The position numbers and the translations under genes were made by a program. A DNA stretch of 64,000 bases from the NCBI RefSeq assembly GCF_056746865.1, contig NZ_CM163382.1, one strand, 5' to 3'. The notes beneath the pieces were generated by a model that worked only from the letters and a program-made list of their open reading frames with translations, was not told the origin of the DNA and searched no databases. Within the stretch, counting starts at the first letter, position 1. Each line of letters starts with the position of its first letter. Below, piece by piece: positions 26,703 to 38,328 of the stretch.

Positions 26703-27979
26703 CAGGCTACCCTTTTTTTCATAAGATTATTACAACGATAACTCATATAAAAAAGCATCAAAAAATCAATTATCACTCGAATTGTCCATAACCACGCCAC
26801 ACCAATAACCCCACATTCCTTTGAAATTATATATAACATTATCAAATAAGGAATAAATTCCATCATATGGATGTATGCAGTGTATTTTGCTTTTCCAAAT
26901 GCCTGTATATTGGCAAAAGAGATTTGTGAATAACAGTTAAAGATATACCCTATAAGCATAATCCGTAATATTTCGACTGAAATCCCTGCATACTCAGCCC
27001 CCATCCACAATGTTAAAATAAACTTTGCGTAGTAATATATAAATAAAACCAAAGGCAATACAATGACAGTCATTAATATATACGCTTTTTTTTGTTCTGC
27101 ATATGACGCTGTAAAACTACTTGCATGGCTTAATTTTGGAAAAACAGCTTTCCCAAGAGAGCCTGGAACTATTCCAAGCCTAGTTACCAGCTCATTAGGG
27201 ACTGTATAGAATGATATTTTTGATGCTCCCTGGATATGAGATAGAATAAATCTATCCATACTCGCTAATATAGGAGATATTATGTTACTTATAGTTACCC
27301 ACCCGCCATATCTAAATAACCGTTTTAAAACAGTTATTGAAAAAAATGAAATATCGATAGTTATTCTTTTCCTGCTCATAATGTAGCTTAACCACAAGCA
27401 TATAACTCTTGCAATAGCTACACCAATAATTGCAGAAAAAAGTGTTTGATTAATTAAAACAAATAATGCAGGCAACCCTGCAATTAAAGAATTCCCTAAA
27501 CTTTTTTGTATATTTAGGATTCCAAAATATTCCCGCCCCTCAAGCTCTGCTAATAGTATTTGCGTGACTAAGAATACAGGTATCAGAGATGATAATAATA
27601 TTAGAGACTTTATCGCATCGACGTAGTATATTGGTGACATATTTAACAGTTCAATAATATGGTCTTTAAGCAGAAACACTCCCCCGCCTCCGATACCCCC
27701 TAAAAATACCACAGCAATAATAGAAGTTACTATTATCGTATTACAATCGTCCAGTCTGTTTTTTAGTAATGCTATTTCGCGTACTACAGCTCTTGTTAAC
27801 CCAGCATCAAATATACTAGCATACCCTATAAAAATCATTGATAAAGTATACAAACCAAATAGTTCTACACCAATTTCCCTTGCAATTAATCCAAACGCTG
27901 GGATTGCAATTAATGTTGGTATAAAGTAGCCCGCAACATTCCATATACTATGTTTTAAGAGAGACATTTCAATACTCAC
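26702..27979 (-). CDS. wzx: O-antigen flippase
   Basis: 425 aa polytopic membrane protein; its stop overlaps the downstream glycosyltransferase start (ATGA). Confidence 0.75.
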   Translation of the reverse strand: MSIEMSLLKHSIWNVAGYFIPTLIAIPAFGLIAREIGVELFGLYTLSMIFIGYASIFDAGLTRAVVREIALLKNRLDDCNTIIVTSIIAVVFLGGIGGGGVFLLKDHIIELLNMSPIYYVDAIKSLILLSSLIPVFLVTQILLAELEGREYFGILNIQKSLGNSLIAGLPALFVLINQTLFSAIIGVAIARVICLWLSYIMSRKRITIDISFFSITVLKRLFRYGGWVTISNIISPILASMDRFILSHIQGASKISFYTVPNELVTRLGIVPGSLGKAVFPKLSHASSFTASYAEQKKAYILMTVIVLPLVLFIYYYAKFILTLWMGAEYAGISVEILRIMLIGYIFNCYSQISFANIQAFGKAKYTAYIHMMEFIPYLIMLYIISKECGVIGVAWLWTIRVIIDFLMLFYMSYRCNNLMKKRVA

Positions 27980-28511
27980 TTAGTTCTAATTTTTCCCCAT
28001 TTGCATCCTTATCAGACAGAGTAATCAGTGCTGTCCTTGGCCATTTAATATTAAGCAAGGGGTCATTCCAGATAATATTTCGTTCATGTGATGGAGCATA
28101 ATATTGATTCGTTTTATATAAAACTTCTGCTAAATCACTAAGTACCAAAAATCCATGAGCAAATCCTTCAGGTATCCACAACTGACGCTTGTTCTCAGCA
28201 GACAAATTCACCCCAACCCATTTCCCAAATGTACCTGACGATTTACGAATATCAACTGCTACATCAAAAACCTCACCGACCACACAACGAACTAATTTAC
28301 CTTGAGCATAAGGTTCCAGCTGATAGTGCAATCCGCGTAATACACCCTTAATTGATTTAGAATGGTTATCCTGAACAAATTCAACCTTACGCCCTACAGC
28401 CTCTTCGAAAACTTTCTGATTAAAGCTTTCCATAAAAAAACCGCGCTCATCACCAAAAACTTCCGGTTCCAAAATTAATACATCAGGAATTTCAGTTTTA
28501 ATTACATTCAT
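27969..28511 (-). CDS. rmlC: dTDP-4-dehydrorhamnose 3,5-epimerase
   Basis: 180 aa ORF (MNVIKTEIPDVLILEPEVFGDERGFFMESF...). Confidence 0.9.
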   Translation of the reverse strand: MNVIKTEIPDVLILEPEVFGDERGFFMESFNQKVFEEAVGRKVEFVQDNHSKSIKGVLRGLHYQLEPYAQGKLVRCVVGEVFDVAVDIRKSSGTFGKWVGVNLSAENKRQLWIPEGFAHGFLVLSDLAEVLYKTNQYYAPSHERNIIWNDPLLNIKWPRTALITLSDKDANGEKLELSEY

Positions 28512-28513
28512 TT

Positions 28514-29392
28514 TTAGTAACCTTTAATCATTTTTAGCAGATACTGACCATAAGCATTTTTCTTTAGTGGTTCTGCTAATACATTAACCTGCTCAGCGTC
28601 AATAAAGCCTTTACGATAAGCAATTTCTTCCGGGCAAGATACCTTTAAACCTTGTCGCTCTTCAATTGTTGCAATGAAGTTACTTGCTTCAATCAGACTT
28701 TGATGTGTCCCCGTGTCTAACCATGCATAACCACGGCCCATCATGGCAACAGATAAACGCCCCTGTTCCATATAGACACGGTTAATATCGGTAATTTCCA
28801 GTTCACCACGGGCAGAAGGCTTAAGGTTTTTCGCCATTTCCACAACGTCGTTATCATAGAAATAAAGCCCGGTTACCGCATAATTACTTTTTGGTTGTAA
28901 CGGTTTTTCTTCCAAGCTGATTGCAGTACCGTTTTTATCAAACTCAACGACACCATAGCGTTCAGGATCATTTACGTGATAGGCAAATACCGTTGCACCA
29001 CTTTCTTTGTTAACAGCGGCATCCATTAACCTCGGCAGATCGTGACCGTAAAAGATATTATCACCAAGAATCAAAGCACAATCATCACCACCAATAAACT
29101 CTTCACCGATAATAAATGCCTGCGCAAGCCCATCTGGAGTCAGTTGCACTTTGTACTGAAGATTTAGCCCCCACTGGCTACCGTCACCCAGCAGTTGTTG
29201 AAAACGAGGAGTATCCTGTGGCGTACTAATAATCAAAATATCGCGAATACCCGCCAACATCAGTGTAGAGAGCGGGTAATAGATCATCGGTTTATCATAA
29301 ATCGGTAATAGCTGTTTACTGACTGCCATAGTCACAGGATAAAGACGAGTACCAGAACCACCCGCTAAAATAATACCCTTACGCGTTTTCAT
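28514..29392 (-). CDS. rmlA: Glucose-1-phosphate thymidylyltransferase
   Basis: 292 aa ORF ([40 protein letters not shown]...). Confidence 0.95.
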   Translation of the reverse strand: MKTRKGIILAGGSGTRLYPVTMAVSKQLLPIYDKPMIYYPLSTLMLAGIRDILIISTPQDTPRFQQLLGDGSQWGLNLQYKVQLTPDGLAQAFIIGEEFIGGDDCALILGDNIFYGHDLPRLMDAAVNKESGATVFAYHVNDPERYGVVEFDKNGTAISLEEKPLQPKSNYAVTGLYFYDNDVVEMAKNLKPSARGELEITDINRVYMEQGRLSVAMMGRGYAWLDTGTHQSLIEASNFIATIEERQGLKVSCPEEIAYRKGFIDAEQVNVLAEPLKKNAYGQYLLKMIKGY

Positions 29393-29449
29393 TTCATCAT
29401 TCCTTTTAATTCATCTTGCTCCATCATCACGAACAAGATGCAAAAACTA

Positions 29450-30349
29450 TTAAATTGCTGTAGTCGTAAATAATTCGTTGAGCATGCGTTTCACACCAAC
29501 CTGCCAGTCAGGCAAGACAAGCGCAAAATTCTGCCGAAATTTTTCTGTATTAAGTCGAGAGTTATGTGGACGACAAGCTGGTGTAGGATAGGCTGTCGTT
29601 GGTACCGCATTGAGTTTGTTGAGTGCGAGGGGAATATCTGCTTTGCGCGCCTCTTCAAAAACCAGCGCAGCATAATCGTACCAGGTCGTGGTACCACTGG
29701 CTACCAGATGGTACAAGCCTGCGACATCCGGTTTATTCAGTGCGACACGAATGGCATGTGCTGTACAATCGGCCAGAAGCTCAGCACCCGTTGGTGCGCC
29801 AAATTGATCGTTTATCACAGCCAACTCTTCGCGTTCTTTTGCCAGACGCAACATCGTTTTGGCAAAATTATTTCCTTTACCAGCGTATACCCAGCTGGTA
29901 CGGAAAATAAGATGCTTTGCGCAATGTTCTTGTAACGCTTTTTCCCCAGCTAGCTTAGTTTCACCGTAAACATTTAGCGGCGCTGTTGCATCCGTTTCCA
30001 GCCATGGCCTGTCACCACTGCCAGGGAAAACATAATCGGTGGAGTAGTGTATAACCCAAGCTCCAACTTCATTTGCTGCTTTCGCAATCGCTTCGACACT
30101 TGTTGCGTTAAGTAATTGTGCAAACTCCGGTTCTGATTCTGCTTTGTCTACTGCGGTGTGAGCGGCTGCGTTGACAATAATATCAGGCCGAATGCTTCTT
30201 ACGGTTTCAGCTACACCTTCAGGATTACTAAAATCACCACAGTAATCAGTGGAGTGAACATCAAGAGCAATCAAATTACCCAAAGGTGCCAGAGCACGCT
30301 GTAGTTCCCAACCTACCTGCCCTGTTTTGCCGAATAGGAGGATATTCAT
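29450..30349 (-). CDS. rmlD: dTDP-4-dehydrorhamnose reductase
   Basis: 299 aa ORF ([30 protein letters not shown]...). Confidence 0.95.
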   Translation of the reverse strand: MNILLFGKTGQVGWELQRALAPLGNLIALDVHSTDYCGDFSNPEGVAETVRSIRPDIIVNAAAHTAVDKAESEPEFAQLLNATSVEAIAKAANEVGAWVIHYSTDYVFPGSGDRPWLETDATAPLNVYGETKLAGEKALQEHCAKHLIFRTSWVYAGKGNNFAKTMLRLAKEREELAVINDQFGAPTGAELLADCTAHAIRVALNKPDVAGLYHLVASGTTTWYDYAALVFEEARKADIPLALNKLNAVPTTAYPTPACRPHNSRLNTEKFRQNFALVLPDWQVGVKRMLNELFTTTAI

Positions 30350-31434
30350 TACTGGCGGCCCTCATAGTTCTGTTCAATCCACGATTGATAGGCGCCACTT
30401 TTCACATTATCAACCCATTTTGTATTGGACAGGTACCATTCCACCGTCTTTCGAATCCCGCTCTCAAACGTTTCTTGCGGTTTCCAGCCCAATTCACGGC
30501 TAATTTTATCGGCATCGATCGCATAACGGCGATCATGCCCTGGGCGATCAGCAACATAAGTAATTTGCTCACGATAAGATTTCTCTTTCGGTACAATCTC
30601 ATCCAGCAAATTACAAATAGTGAGCACTACATCAATGTTTTTCTTTTCGTTGTGCCCACCAATGTTATAAGTTTCACCCGCTTTACCTTCGGTTACGACG
30701 GTATATAATGCACGCGCATGATCTTCAACATACAGCCAATCACGAATTTGATCCCCTTTGCCATAAATAGGTAATGCCTTACCTTCCAGAGCATTAAGAA
30801 TTACTAGTGGAATCAATTTTTCCGGAAAGTGATAAGGACCGTAGTTATTCGAACAGTTAGTCACAATGGTCGGTAAACCATAGGTACGTTTCCACGCGCG
30901 GACTAAATGATCGCTGGATGCTTTGGATGCGGAATAAGGGCTGCTTGGTGCGTAAGCTGTTGTCTCAATAAATAAGGGTAATTTTTCTTTATTATTTACT
31001 TCGTCAGGATGAGGCAAATCACCATAGACTTCGTCAGTAGAAATATGATGAAAACGGAAGCTATTTTTCTTGTCGCTATCAAGAGCAGACCAGTAATTGC
31101 GAGCAGCTTCCAAAAGGACATAAGTACCAACAATATTGGTTTCAATAAATGCCGCAGGGCCTGTAATTGAACGGTCAACATGGCTTTCAGCAGCCAGGTG
31201 CATCACTGCATCCGGCTGATGCTGAGAAAAAATTCGCGCCATTGCAGCAGCATCGCAAATATCCGCATGTTCAAAAACATAGCGTTCAGAATCAGAAACA
31301 TCAGCAAGTGATTCCAGGTTTCCGGCGTACGTTAATTTATCGACATTAACAACACTATCCTGCGTATTATTTATAATGTGACGAACTATAGCAGAACCAA
31401 TAAATCCTGCGCCACCAGTAACAAGTATCTTCAC
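30349..31434 (-). CDS. rmlB: dTDP-glucose 4,6-dehydratase
   Basis: 361 aa ORF ([39 protein letters not shown]...); first gene of the O-antigen cluster. Confidence 0.95.
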   Translation of the reverse strand: MKILVTGGAGFIGSAIVRHIINNTQDSVVNVDKLTYAGNLESLADVSDSERYVFEHADICDAAAMARIFSQHQPDAVMHLAAESHVDRSITGPAAFIETNIVGTYVLLEAARNYWSALDSDKKNSFRFHHISTDEVYGDLPHPDEVNNKEKLPLFIETTAYAPSSPYSASKASSDHLVRAWKRTYGLPTIVTNCSNNYGPYHFPEKLIPLVILNALEGKALPIYGKGDQIRDWLYVEDHARALYTVVTEGKAGETYNIGGHNEKKNIDVVLTICNLLDEIVPKEKSYREQITYVADRPGHDRRYAIDADKISRELGWKPQETFESGIRKTVEWYLSNTKWVDNVKSGAYQSWIEQNYEGRQ

Positions 31435-31508
31435 TTATTTATTCCATATAACTTCAGAGCATGCTGTGAAATAAGCGGCTCTTAGGTTGATTAATAGAGG
31501 TGTTAATG

Positions 31509-31548
31509 CACGCTACCGCCCCTGGCTTTACAGCTACCAGAGCACTAC
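31509..31548 (-). promoter_or_regulatory. JUMPstart element with ops site upstream of the O-antigen cluster
   Basis: Plus strand reads cacgctaccgcccctggctttacagctaccagagcactac; its reverse complement contains GGCGGTAGCGTG, the ops motif, oriented with the minus-strand rmlB operon. Confidence 0.85.
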
Positions 31549-31805
31549 ATGCATGTCTACGATGTGACGAGCGTTACCCACTCGCGCTAAACCCGAAAAA
31601 TTCAAACGCTAATTGTCTTACCAATCCGCTCTGGAAACAAGGAAAATCCTGGAAAACTTTGACTAAAATCCTATTGCTAAGTCGTTGTTATTCTGATTGT
31701 TTATATAAAACAACGGCAGGAAAATTCGCAACAAATTACTTTCGCCGCTAATCTTCACTGCCGTTATAATTTTCTTATCAACCGTTACATCCGGTCAGAT
31801 TTTCA

Positions 31806-32699
31806 TTATTCGCTTAACAGCTTCTCAATCCCTTTACGGAACTTCGCCCCTTCTTTGAGGTTGCGTAGTCCATACTTCACGAACGCTTGCATATAACCCA
31901 TTTTTTTACCGCAGTCGTAGCTGTCGCCGGTCATCAGCATGGCATCAACGGACTGTTTTTTCGCCAGTTCGGCAATGGCATCAGTCAGCTGAATACGTCC
32001 CCATGCACCAGGCTGAGTGCGTTCCAGTTCCGGCCAAATATCGGCAGAAAGCACATAGCGACCAACGGCCATGATGTCTGAGTCCAGCGTCTGCGGCTGA
32101 TCCGGTTTTTCGATGAATTCAACAATGCGGCTGACTTTACCTTCGCGGTCCAGCGGCTCTTTGGTCTGGATGACAGAGTATTCAGAGAGGTCACCCGGCA
32201 TACGTTTTGCCAGCACCTGGCTGCGGCCCGTTTCGTTGAAGCGCGCAATCATGGCAGCAAGGTTGTAGCGCAGCGGGTCGGCGCTGGCGTCGTCGATCAC
32301 AACGTCTGGCAGCACCACGACAAATGGATTGTCACCAATGGCAGGTCGTGCACATAAAATGGAGTGGCCCAAACCTAAAGGTTCGCCCTGACGCACGTTC
32401 ATAATTGTCACGCCCGGCGGGCAAATGGACTGTACTTCCGCCAGCAGTTGACGCTTCACGCGCTGTTCAAGGAGAGATTCTAATTCATAAGAGGTGTCGA
32501 AGTGGTTTTCGACCGCGTTCTTGGAAGCGTGAGTTACCAGGAGGATTTCTTTGATCCCTGCAGCCACAATCTCGTCAACGATGTACTGAATCATTGGCTT
32601 GTCGACGATCGGTAGCATCTCTTTGGGAATCGCCTTAGTGGCAGGCAACATATGCATCCCAAGACCCGCTACAGGAATAACTGCTTTTAAATTCGTCAT
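31806..32699 (-). CDS. galF: UTP-glucose-1-phosphate uridylyltransferase paralogue
   Basis: Start trimmed to [39 protein letters not shown] (ATG at 32699), 297 aa. Confidence 0.9.
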   Translation of the reverse strand: MTNLKAVIPVAGLGMHMLPATKAIPKEMLPIVDKPMIQYIVDEIVAAGIKEILLVTHASKNAVENHFDTSYELESLLEQRVKRQLLAEVQSICPPGVTIMNVRQGEPLGLGHSILCARPAIGDNPFVVVLPDVVIDDASADPLRYNLAAMIARFNETGRSQVLAKRMPGDLSEYSVIQTKEPLDREGKVSRIVEFIEKPDQPQTLDSDIMAVGRYVLSADIWPELERTQPGAWGRIQLTDAIAELAKKQSVDAMLMTGDSYDCGKKMGYMQAFVKYGLRNLKEGAKFRKGIEKLLSE

Positions 32700-32873
32700 T
32701 ATTTCATCCACCTGTAAAATGGTTGCTGAATTATAGCTTGTTCGATTTTTTTCGCCAGCATCAATTACCCTGAATTGATTACTGAATTACTTGTGATGTT
32801 ACGCCGCTTCGTTGTGGATTGCAGTAGCATTGTTCCTAAGTATGGCTCCATTTTTCCAGGAATGGTCGCAAAT

Positions 32874-34268
32874 CTACTCTCTCCGTTCCGGCAATCTAAA
32901 GTTAATCTTTTCCACATTAACAATATGGTGATTAATCCTGTCGATATCGACGGAGCTTTGCCCTCTTTCATTCACCGCATGAACATTTGCAAGAGACAGC
33001 AGTGTTTCTTTTTTCGCCATAAACACGCCGCGAACGTCTTTGCGCATGTCGAAGTTCATGCTCAATGCGGGTCCAACTGAGGATTCCTGCATCACATTGA
33101 TATTACGCATAAAAAGATGTTGCGGTTTGTTGTGTAACTCCAGCGACGCACGCTTCATCTCAATGTTAGTCAGCGCCACAAAGGAGACAGCATTCCCGGC
33201 GGAGATTTGAATGCCGCGCAATTTATAAGCAAGATGAGTATTATCCAGTTGAATATTATTCACCCGGAAATTCTGCGGTATCGAGAGATATTTGCCTTTA
33301 ATTACCCCATAGCCGATTAACATCCCGGCACTATTAATCATTTCAATATTATCAATCACAAAGTTGTCACAACCATAAATAGCAACTGTGGCGTTATCAA
33401 TACCTGCTTTCTTACTGAAATCCGGCGTGATATTACGGGCTTTGATATTACGAATAACAAAATGTTTACCATTTTCAACATGGATCAGTTGCCGACAATC
33501 CGATCCCGTGATATTCGCCACGACAAAGTTTTTCACTGCCTGGTCTTCCGGGTAGTTGTTATCATAAGTGCTTCCCGCAAGACCTATGCCAATGCCCCAG
33601 TTGATTTTGCCGTTAGTACAGTTGATGCGCTCGATGACATGGTCAGATATCAAAATATCACGGTCGTTAATCGCCACGTTCCATTCAATAGCGTCGCCCT
33701 GTAAGTCACTGAACTTACAGTTGGTGATGTTGGCACCGATAATCTGATTATGAAATCCCTGGCGTAAGATGGCGTAATTAGCGTGGCTGACAGTGAGGTT
33801 ATCGATGGTCAGGTTGCGCATGACCCGTTTGTTTTTGCCGCCGATATAAATCTGCGTTACCGGATCAAAGCCGCTCATCGCCAGCCCTTTGATGGTGCAG
33901 TCAGAGCCGCGCACATCCAGGGTGATGTTATGCATACTGCCGCCCTCCTCCCCTGTCACCTGGCTGCCGTCCTGTAAGACAAATCGCCCTCTGCCGTTGC
34001 CGCGCAAGCTTCCAAGAATGTGTAACGTTTTACCGGGAGGGATAAAGATGCCGGTGTTGATATTGTCACAAACCAATCCGCCAGGCACGACAACCGTTTG
34101 CCCTTCGCTGAAGGCTTGTTTAAATGAGGCGATCCAGTCGTGAGGGTTGTAGTCGTTAATGTTTACGCTTTGTCGGGCGGATAGTGCACGAGCGAAAGGG
34201 GTATGGAGGAAGGCAAGCGCCGAGCTTGCCGTCAGGAAGGTGCGTCGGGAGAGTTTTTTAAATGGCAT
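32874..34268 (-). CDS. wcaM: Colanic acid biosynthesis protein WcaM
   Basis: 464 aa ORF with N-terminal signal-like sequence ([28 protein letters not shown]); last gene of the colanic acid operon. Confidence 0.85.
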   Translation of the reverse strand: MPFKKLSRRTFLTASSALAFLHTPFARALSARQSVNINDYNPHDWIASFKQAFSEGQTVVVPGGLVCDNINTGIFIPPGKTLHILGSLRGNGRGRFVLQDGSQVTGEEGGSMHNITLDVRGSDCTIKGLAMSGFDPVTQIYIGGKNKRVMRNLTIDNLTVSHANYAILRQGFHNQIIGANITNCKFSDLQGDAIEWNVAINDRDILISDHVIERINCTNGKINWGIGIGLAGSTYDNNYPEDQAVKNFVVANITGSDCRQLIHVENGKHFVIRNIKARNITPDFSKKAGIDNATVAIYGCDNFVIDNIEMINSAGMLIGYGVIKGKYLSIPQNFRVNNIQLDNTHLAYKLRGIQISAGNAVSFVALTNIEMKRASLELHNKPQHLFMRNINVMQESSVGPALSMNFDMRKDVRGVFMAKKETLLSLANVHAVNERGQSSVDIDRINHHIVNVEKINFRLPERRE

Positions 34269-34278
34269 GCGTTCTCCT

Positions 34279-35499
34279 CTATAAAGCCTGCAGCAAGCTG
34301 GCGAGTTCTCGGTTAATCACCTGTTGGTTAAAATCGTGTTCGACTTTTTCGCGCGCACGTTTGACGACCGGCGCCAGTTCGTCGGTGTCCAGTTGGCTAA
34401 ACGCCGCCAGTCGTTGCGCCAGTGCGCGAGCATCGTTCTCAGGCACCAGCCAGCCGGATTTGTCGGCCTCAACCAGTTCTGGTATTCCGCTATGCAGAGT
34501 TGAAACAACCGGAATGCCGACCGCCATTGCTTCCATTAGTGCCACCGGAATGCCTTCCATATCACCATCCGCACCTGTAACCGATGGCAACAGGAAGACA
34601 TCCGCGTCGTCGAGCATCGCTTTCACTTCGTGGCTCGGTTTAAAGCCCGGCATCTCTACCACATCTTCCAGTTGATATTGTTCGATGAGGGTGCGCAGGC
34701 GTCGTTCCCACGGGCCAATGCCGAGGATGCGATAGCGAAATGCCACGCCCTGCTCTTTCAACTGACGGCAGGCTTCGATCGCCACATGCAGGCCTTTTTT
34801 CTCGGTTAAGCGTGCGACGGAAATGATTTCCAGCGGCGTTGCGGGCGCTTTCACCGGACGCGGGCTAAAACGCGTCATGTCCACGCCCATGCGCGATACG
34901 GCGATTTTTTCCCTCGGGCAGCCCATTTTTTGCAGCCTTCCGGCCCACAGATTGCTTATTGGTAACATCAGGTCGCCACGGCGAAACAGTTGTTGATATT
35001 CGGGAGTGTAGTGGTTGAGCACTTCCCGACTGGAGATATCAATACCGTGGAAGATAGTGGCAATTTTGCCGCGAATGACACCCAGTTCGCGTAGTTTTGC
35101 CGCGGTTACCCCAGCAGGGCCAAAATGAGCGATAAACACATCGGCATGAAACGGTGTTGCGACCTGGCCGCAAATGGCAGACAAAATCAGGTTCCGCGAC
35201 TCGGCACCATAGCGTTTGAGGTTAAGCGCCTGCCAGGTATTTTTACGATGAATGCCGCGTAAGGTCTGACTGGCTCGGTGGCGCAGTTTCGCCACTTTGC
35301 CCGTAGGTTCGTCCTGTAACCAGCGGGTTCTGGCGGCAAGGTTGTATTTCGTCCATGCCGCGTGGGTGTTCTGGGTGTCGCCTTTTTGCAGCGCGACAAT
35401 CTCCACCTCAAAGCCCATATCAATAAACGCGGTAATTTGATTGAGGATGAAGGTTTCTGACGACAGCGGAAATTTCAATAAGAAGAAGCCGACCTTCAT
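34279..35499 (-). CDS. wcaL: Colanic acid glycosyltransferase WcaL
   Basis: 406 aa GT4-type ORF in the conserved position. Confidence 0.85.
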   Translation of the reverse strand: MKVGFFLLKFPLSSETFILNQITAFIDMGFEVEIVALQKGDTQNTHAAWTKYNLAARTRWLQDEPTGKVAKLRHRASQTLRGIHRKNTWQALNLKRYGAESRNLILSAICGQVATPFHADVFIAHFGPAGVTAAKLRELGVIRGKIATIFHGIDISSREVLNHYTPEYQQLFRRGDLMLPISNLWAGRLQKMGCPREKIAVSRMGVDMTRFSPRPVKAPATPLEIISVARLTEKKGLHVAIEACRQLKEQGVAFRYRILGIGPWERRLRTLIEQYQLEDVVEMPGFKPSHEVKAMLDDADVFLLPSVTGADGDMEGIPVALMEAMAVGIPVVSTLHSGIPELVEADKSGWLVPENDARALAQRLAAFSQLDTDELAPVVKRAREKVEHDFNQQVINRELASLLQAL

Positions 35500-36776
35500 T
35501 TCGCCTCCCCGATGCGCTCAAGCACAGATTGCACCATCTGCATTCCTGTCTGACGCTCACGACTGACGGCTTCGTTAAGTCGTGTATTCAGCGCAGGAAG
35601 CTGGCCTAAGGTATCCGCAACCATCGCTTGCAGGCTGCCGTCTAATAAATGACGGATATCAATTGCCATCTCTGGTAGCCCCAGTTGTTGCATAATCCCG
35701 GCGGATTTATGTTCATAGTTGATGGCAATCGCCGGAGTGGCAAAGTTCATCGAGATAATGGCAGAGTGCAAGCGCGTACCGACGGTGAGTTCACAGGCCG
35801 CCAGAATTTTGCCCATTTCCAGATCGTTGAGTTCATCCATCACTACGTGATAACGGGCAGGATCGCTGATGTGCTGGCGCAGGTTGAGCGCCACCATGCG
35901 GTCGTCTTTGTTATAGCTGTCGATGCCCGTACAGGTGGAGAGCGCAATCACCTGATACCCTTCGTCGAGAATGCGATTGACCACCCCGGCAAAGGCTTTT
36001 TCATACGCTTGTTGAGTGGTGCCGAGACGTTTGTCGAACGGTGCCAGTTCGCGCAGGGTAATTGCCACCGTTTTCTGTTGTGCGGCAACGTCCAGCCAGT
36101 GTTGAACGGCATAGCTGGCGGTGAAGTCTTCTGTGTGGTGATCGACCAGCCACGCGGTATCGACGCCATGTTCCACTTTTGCAGTGGTGATATTGCTGCG
36201 TTTCATTAGATCGAGGCTAACCGACTCGCGCAGGATCAGCGCGTCACAGTGACCAAAAACGTAGTTCGCCAGTTGGTTAAATTGCTCATCCTGGAACGGG
36301 CCGACGCTGTGACCAATCATAAACAGCGGCTTTTTCGCCATAAATGTGCAAAGCGCATGTTCAAACTGCGGCACACCGTAGAGATCGACAAAAAACGATC
36401 CGCCGACCTGAATAATGGCGTCGTAACCTGACAGCAGGCGCACGAAGTCGGTGAATCCCTGGGCGATGGCGATATTACGCAGCTTGCCAGTGTCGGTGAC
36501 GCGTGAGAGCAATACCTGATGCTGGTAGCGGCGACGGAGGACTTTTTTAACGCGCCCGACAACGCCCGCCGCGCTGTTGTGTTGTTTCATTTGCAGGAAC
36601 AGCGGATCGCCCATTACCGGGCGGTTGAGCAGCCAGGAAGAACTGACCGGATAGCGGCTCATCACGTCCACTTCGGCGTGTGGATTGAGGATGTTGATGG
36701 CATCAAGTAAGCCGCGCAAGATGGCGCTGTCGCCGCGATTGCCGCAAGTGTGGTTGCCCAGAATCAGTAATTTCAT
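35496..36776 (-). CDS. wcaK: Colanic acid pyruvyltransferase WcaK
   Basis: Start trimmed to MKLLILGNHTCGNRGDSAILRGLLD (ATG at 36776), 426 aa. Confidence 0.85.
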   Translation of the reverse strand: MKLLILGNHTCGNRGDSAILRGLLDAINILNPHAEVDVMSRYPVSSSWLLNRPVMGDPLFLQMKQHNSAAGVVGRVKKVLRRRYQHQVLLSRVTDTGKLRNIAIAQGFTDFVRLLSGYDAIIQVGGSFFVDLYGVPQFEHALCTFMAKKPLFMIGHSVGPFQDEQFNQLANYVFGHCDALILRESVSLDLMKRSNITTAKVEHGVDTAWLVDHHTEDFTASYAVQHWLDVAAQQKTVAITLRELAPFDKRLGTTQQAYEKAFAGVVNRILDEGYQVIALSTCTGIDSYNKDDRMVALNLRQHISDPARYHVVMDELNDLEMGKILAACELTVGTRLHSAIISMNFATPAIAINYEHKSAGIMQQLGLPEMAIDIRHLLDGSLQAMVADTLGQLPALNTRLNEAVSRERQTGMQMVQSVLERIGEAK

Positions 36777-36848
36777 TTTTTCCTCATAAATTTGATGCCA
36801 GGTGAGGCTATGTTTGTTGTGTTCGTTGCCGGAACCGAAAACAGCCAT

Positions 36849-38327
36849 TCACCCCGCCCGTAAAAGCATTTTCATTTTTTCGCTGCGACAAAACTGACGC
36901 TTCACTTCCACTACCAGCGGATGGCGTGACAGCACAATCATCACCACAAACGCCAGCACGCCTGCGGCTATTTGCACCGCCAGCAGCATCCCCAGCGCCA
37001 GTTGCCCTTTCAGCACAATGCCCAGCGCATAACTGACCGCCAGCGTCGGCAGCGAGAGATAAAACGGCAGCCATAAACTCAGGATGTATTGGCGATAACT
37101 GGAACCGAGCACCGGTTTAATCATCACGAAATAGCTCAGAATGGTGTTGATAATCTGCACCAGCAGGAAGCCAAGCGTGACGCCGATTGCGCCCGCCATC
37201 TGCCCACCAATAACAATCGCCGGAATAAACAGAAAGGTTTTGAATACGTTGAATTTAAAGCTGATATCGACCCGCGCTTTCGCCATCAGCAGCGAACCAA
37301 TCGGGTTCCCCACTGAGCGCAGCAGCCCCACCACACACAGCAATTGCAGCACCGGAATAATGCTGTTCCACTTCTCACCAAAGACCAGCGGTACAAAGTT
37401 ATTCGACACCACCATCAGCGCCAGCAGCGCCGGAAAGTTGATAATCCCCACTACCGACAGCAGCTTGTAGAAGTTAACGCGCAGCTTTTCGGTGTCGTCC
37501 TGAATTTTGGCAAATGCCGGAAACAACACGCGGGTGATGATTGGGTTCAGCTTCATCGGCGGCACAACGGCCACGTTGTACGCCAGGTTGTATCCCCCTG
37601 CTACGCCCGCGCCGAGAATACGCGCCAGCACCAGCGTTGAAAGGTTGGTGTTGAGATAGTTGATGATGCTGTCCGCCGTCAGCCAGGCACCAAAACGTAA
37701 GTTTGGTGCCACCGACGCCAGCGAGAAATGAAGACCGGGGCGATAAATTTTTCGACCAAAGTAGCCAAACAGCAGCGTTCTTACCGCACTATTGACCAGA
37801 TAACCGAGGATCGCGGTCATCGCCAGCGGCCAGAAATGGGCGCTAACCACCGTAAAAGTGAAGCCCGCCAGCACCGCGCTGGTTTCGATCATGCCGATTT
37901 TGTTGAACTCCAGCTCTTTTTGCATCAACGCGCGGAACTGCTGCCCGTGGGGGATCACCACAAACGCCAGCGACAATGTTTTAATCAACGGTGCCAGGTC
38001 CGGGTTATTCAGCACGTCGCCGATGAGATCACTCAACAAAAACACCGCCACACACACCACAAGCCCCAGCCCAACGTTCAGCCAGTACAGCGTGGTGAGT
38101 TCAAGGTGGCTGATTTCTTTTCGCTGAATAATCGAGTTAGCGATACCGAAGTCAGAAAGCGTATCTGCCAGCGCGATGATCACCAGCGACACGGTAAGCA
38201 AACCGAACTGGTGGTTGTCGATAATCCGCGCCAGCACGGTCATCTGCACCAGCCCGAGGCCGATGATGATCACCGTGGCAATCGCCGACCACTTCGCGCC
38301 GCTGATGGTTTTTTCACGTAAGCTCAT
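36849..38327 (-). CDS. wzxC: Colanic acid repeat-unit flippase
   Basis: 492 aa polytopic membrane protein (MSLREKTISGAKWSAIATVIIIGLGL...). Confidence 0.85.
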   Translation of the reverse strand: MSLREKTISGAKWSAIATVIIIGLGLVQMTVLARIIDNHQFGLLTVSLVIIALADTLSDFGIANSIIQRKEISHLELTTLYWLNVGLGLVVCVAVFLLSDLIGDVLNNPDLAPLIKTLSLAFVVIPHGQQFRALMQKELEFNKIGMIETSAVLAGFTFTVVSAHFWPLAMTAILGYLVNSAVRTLLFGYFGRKIYRPGLHFSLASVAPNLRFGAWLTADSIINYLNTNLSTLVLARILGAGVAGGYNLAYNVAVVPPMKLNPIITRVLFPAFAKIQDDTEKLRVNFYKLLSVVGIINFPALLALMVVSNNFVPLVFGEKWNSIIPVLQLLCVVGLLRSVGNPIGSLLMAKARVDISFKFNVFKTFLFIPAIVIGGQMAGAIGVTLGFLLVQIINTILSYFVMIKPVLGSSYRQYILSLWLPFYLSLPTLAVSYALGIVLKGQLALGMLLAVQIAAGVLAFVVMIVLSRHPLVVEVKRQFCRSEKMKMLLRAG

Positions 38328-38328
38328 A

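Noticed and set aside
31500-31751. 83 aa plus-strand ORF between rmlB and galF
   Set aside because: It spans the JUMPstart/ops regulatory element and the operon leader; the translation has no recognisable features, so the region is better explained as regulatory DNA.
16364-31805. Possible insertion sequence or transposase within or flanking the O-antigen cluster
   Set aside because: No transposase-like ORF or terminal inverted repeats were seen; every gap is explained by intergenic spacers, the acetyltransferase remnant or the JUMPstart region.
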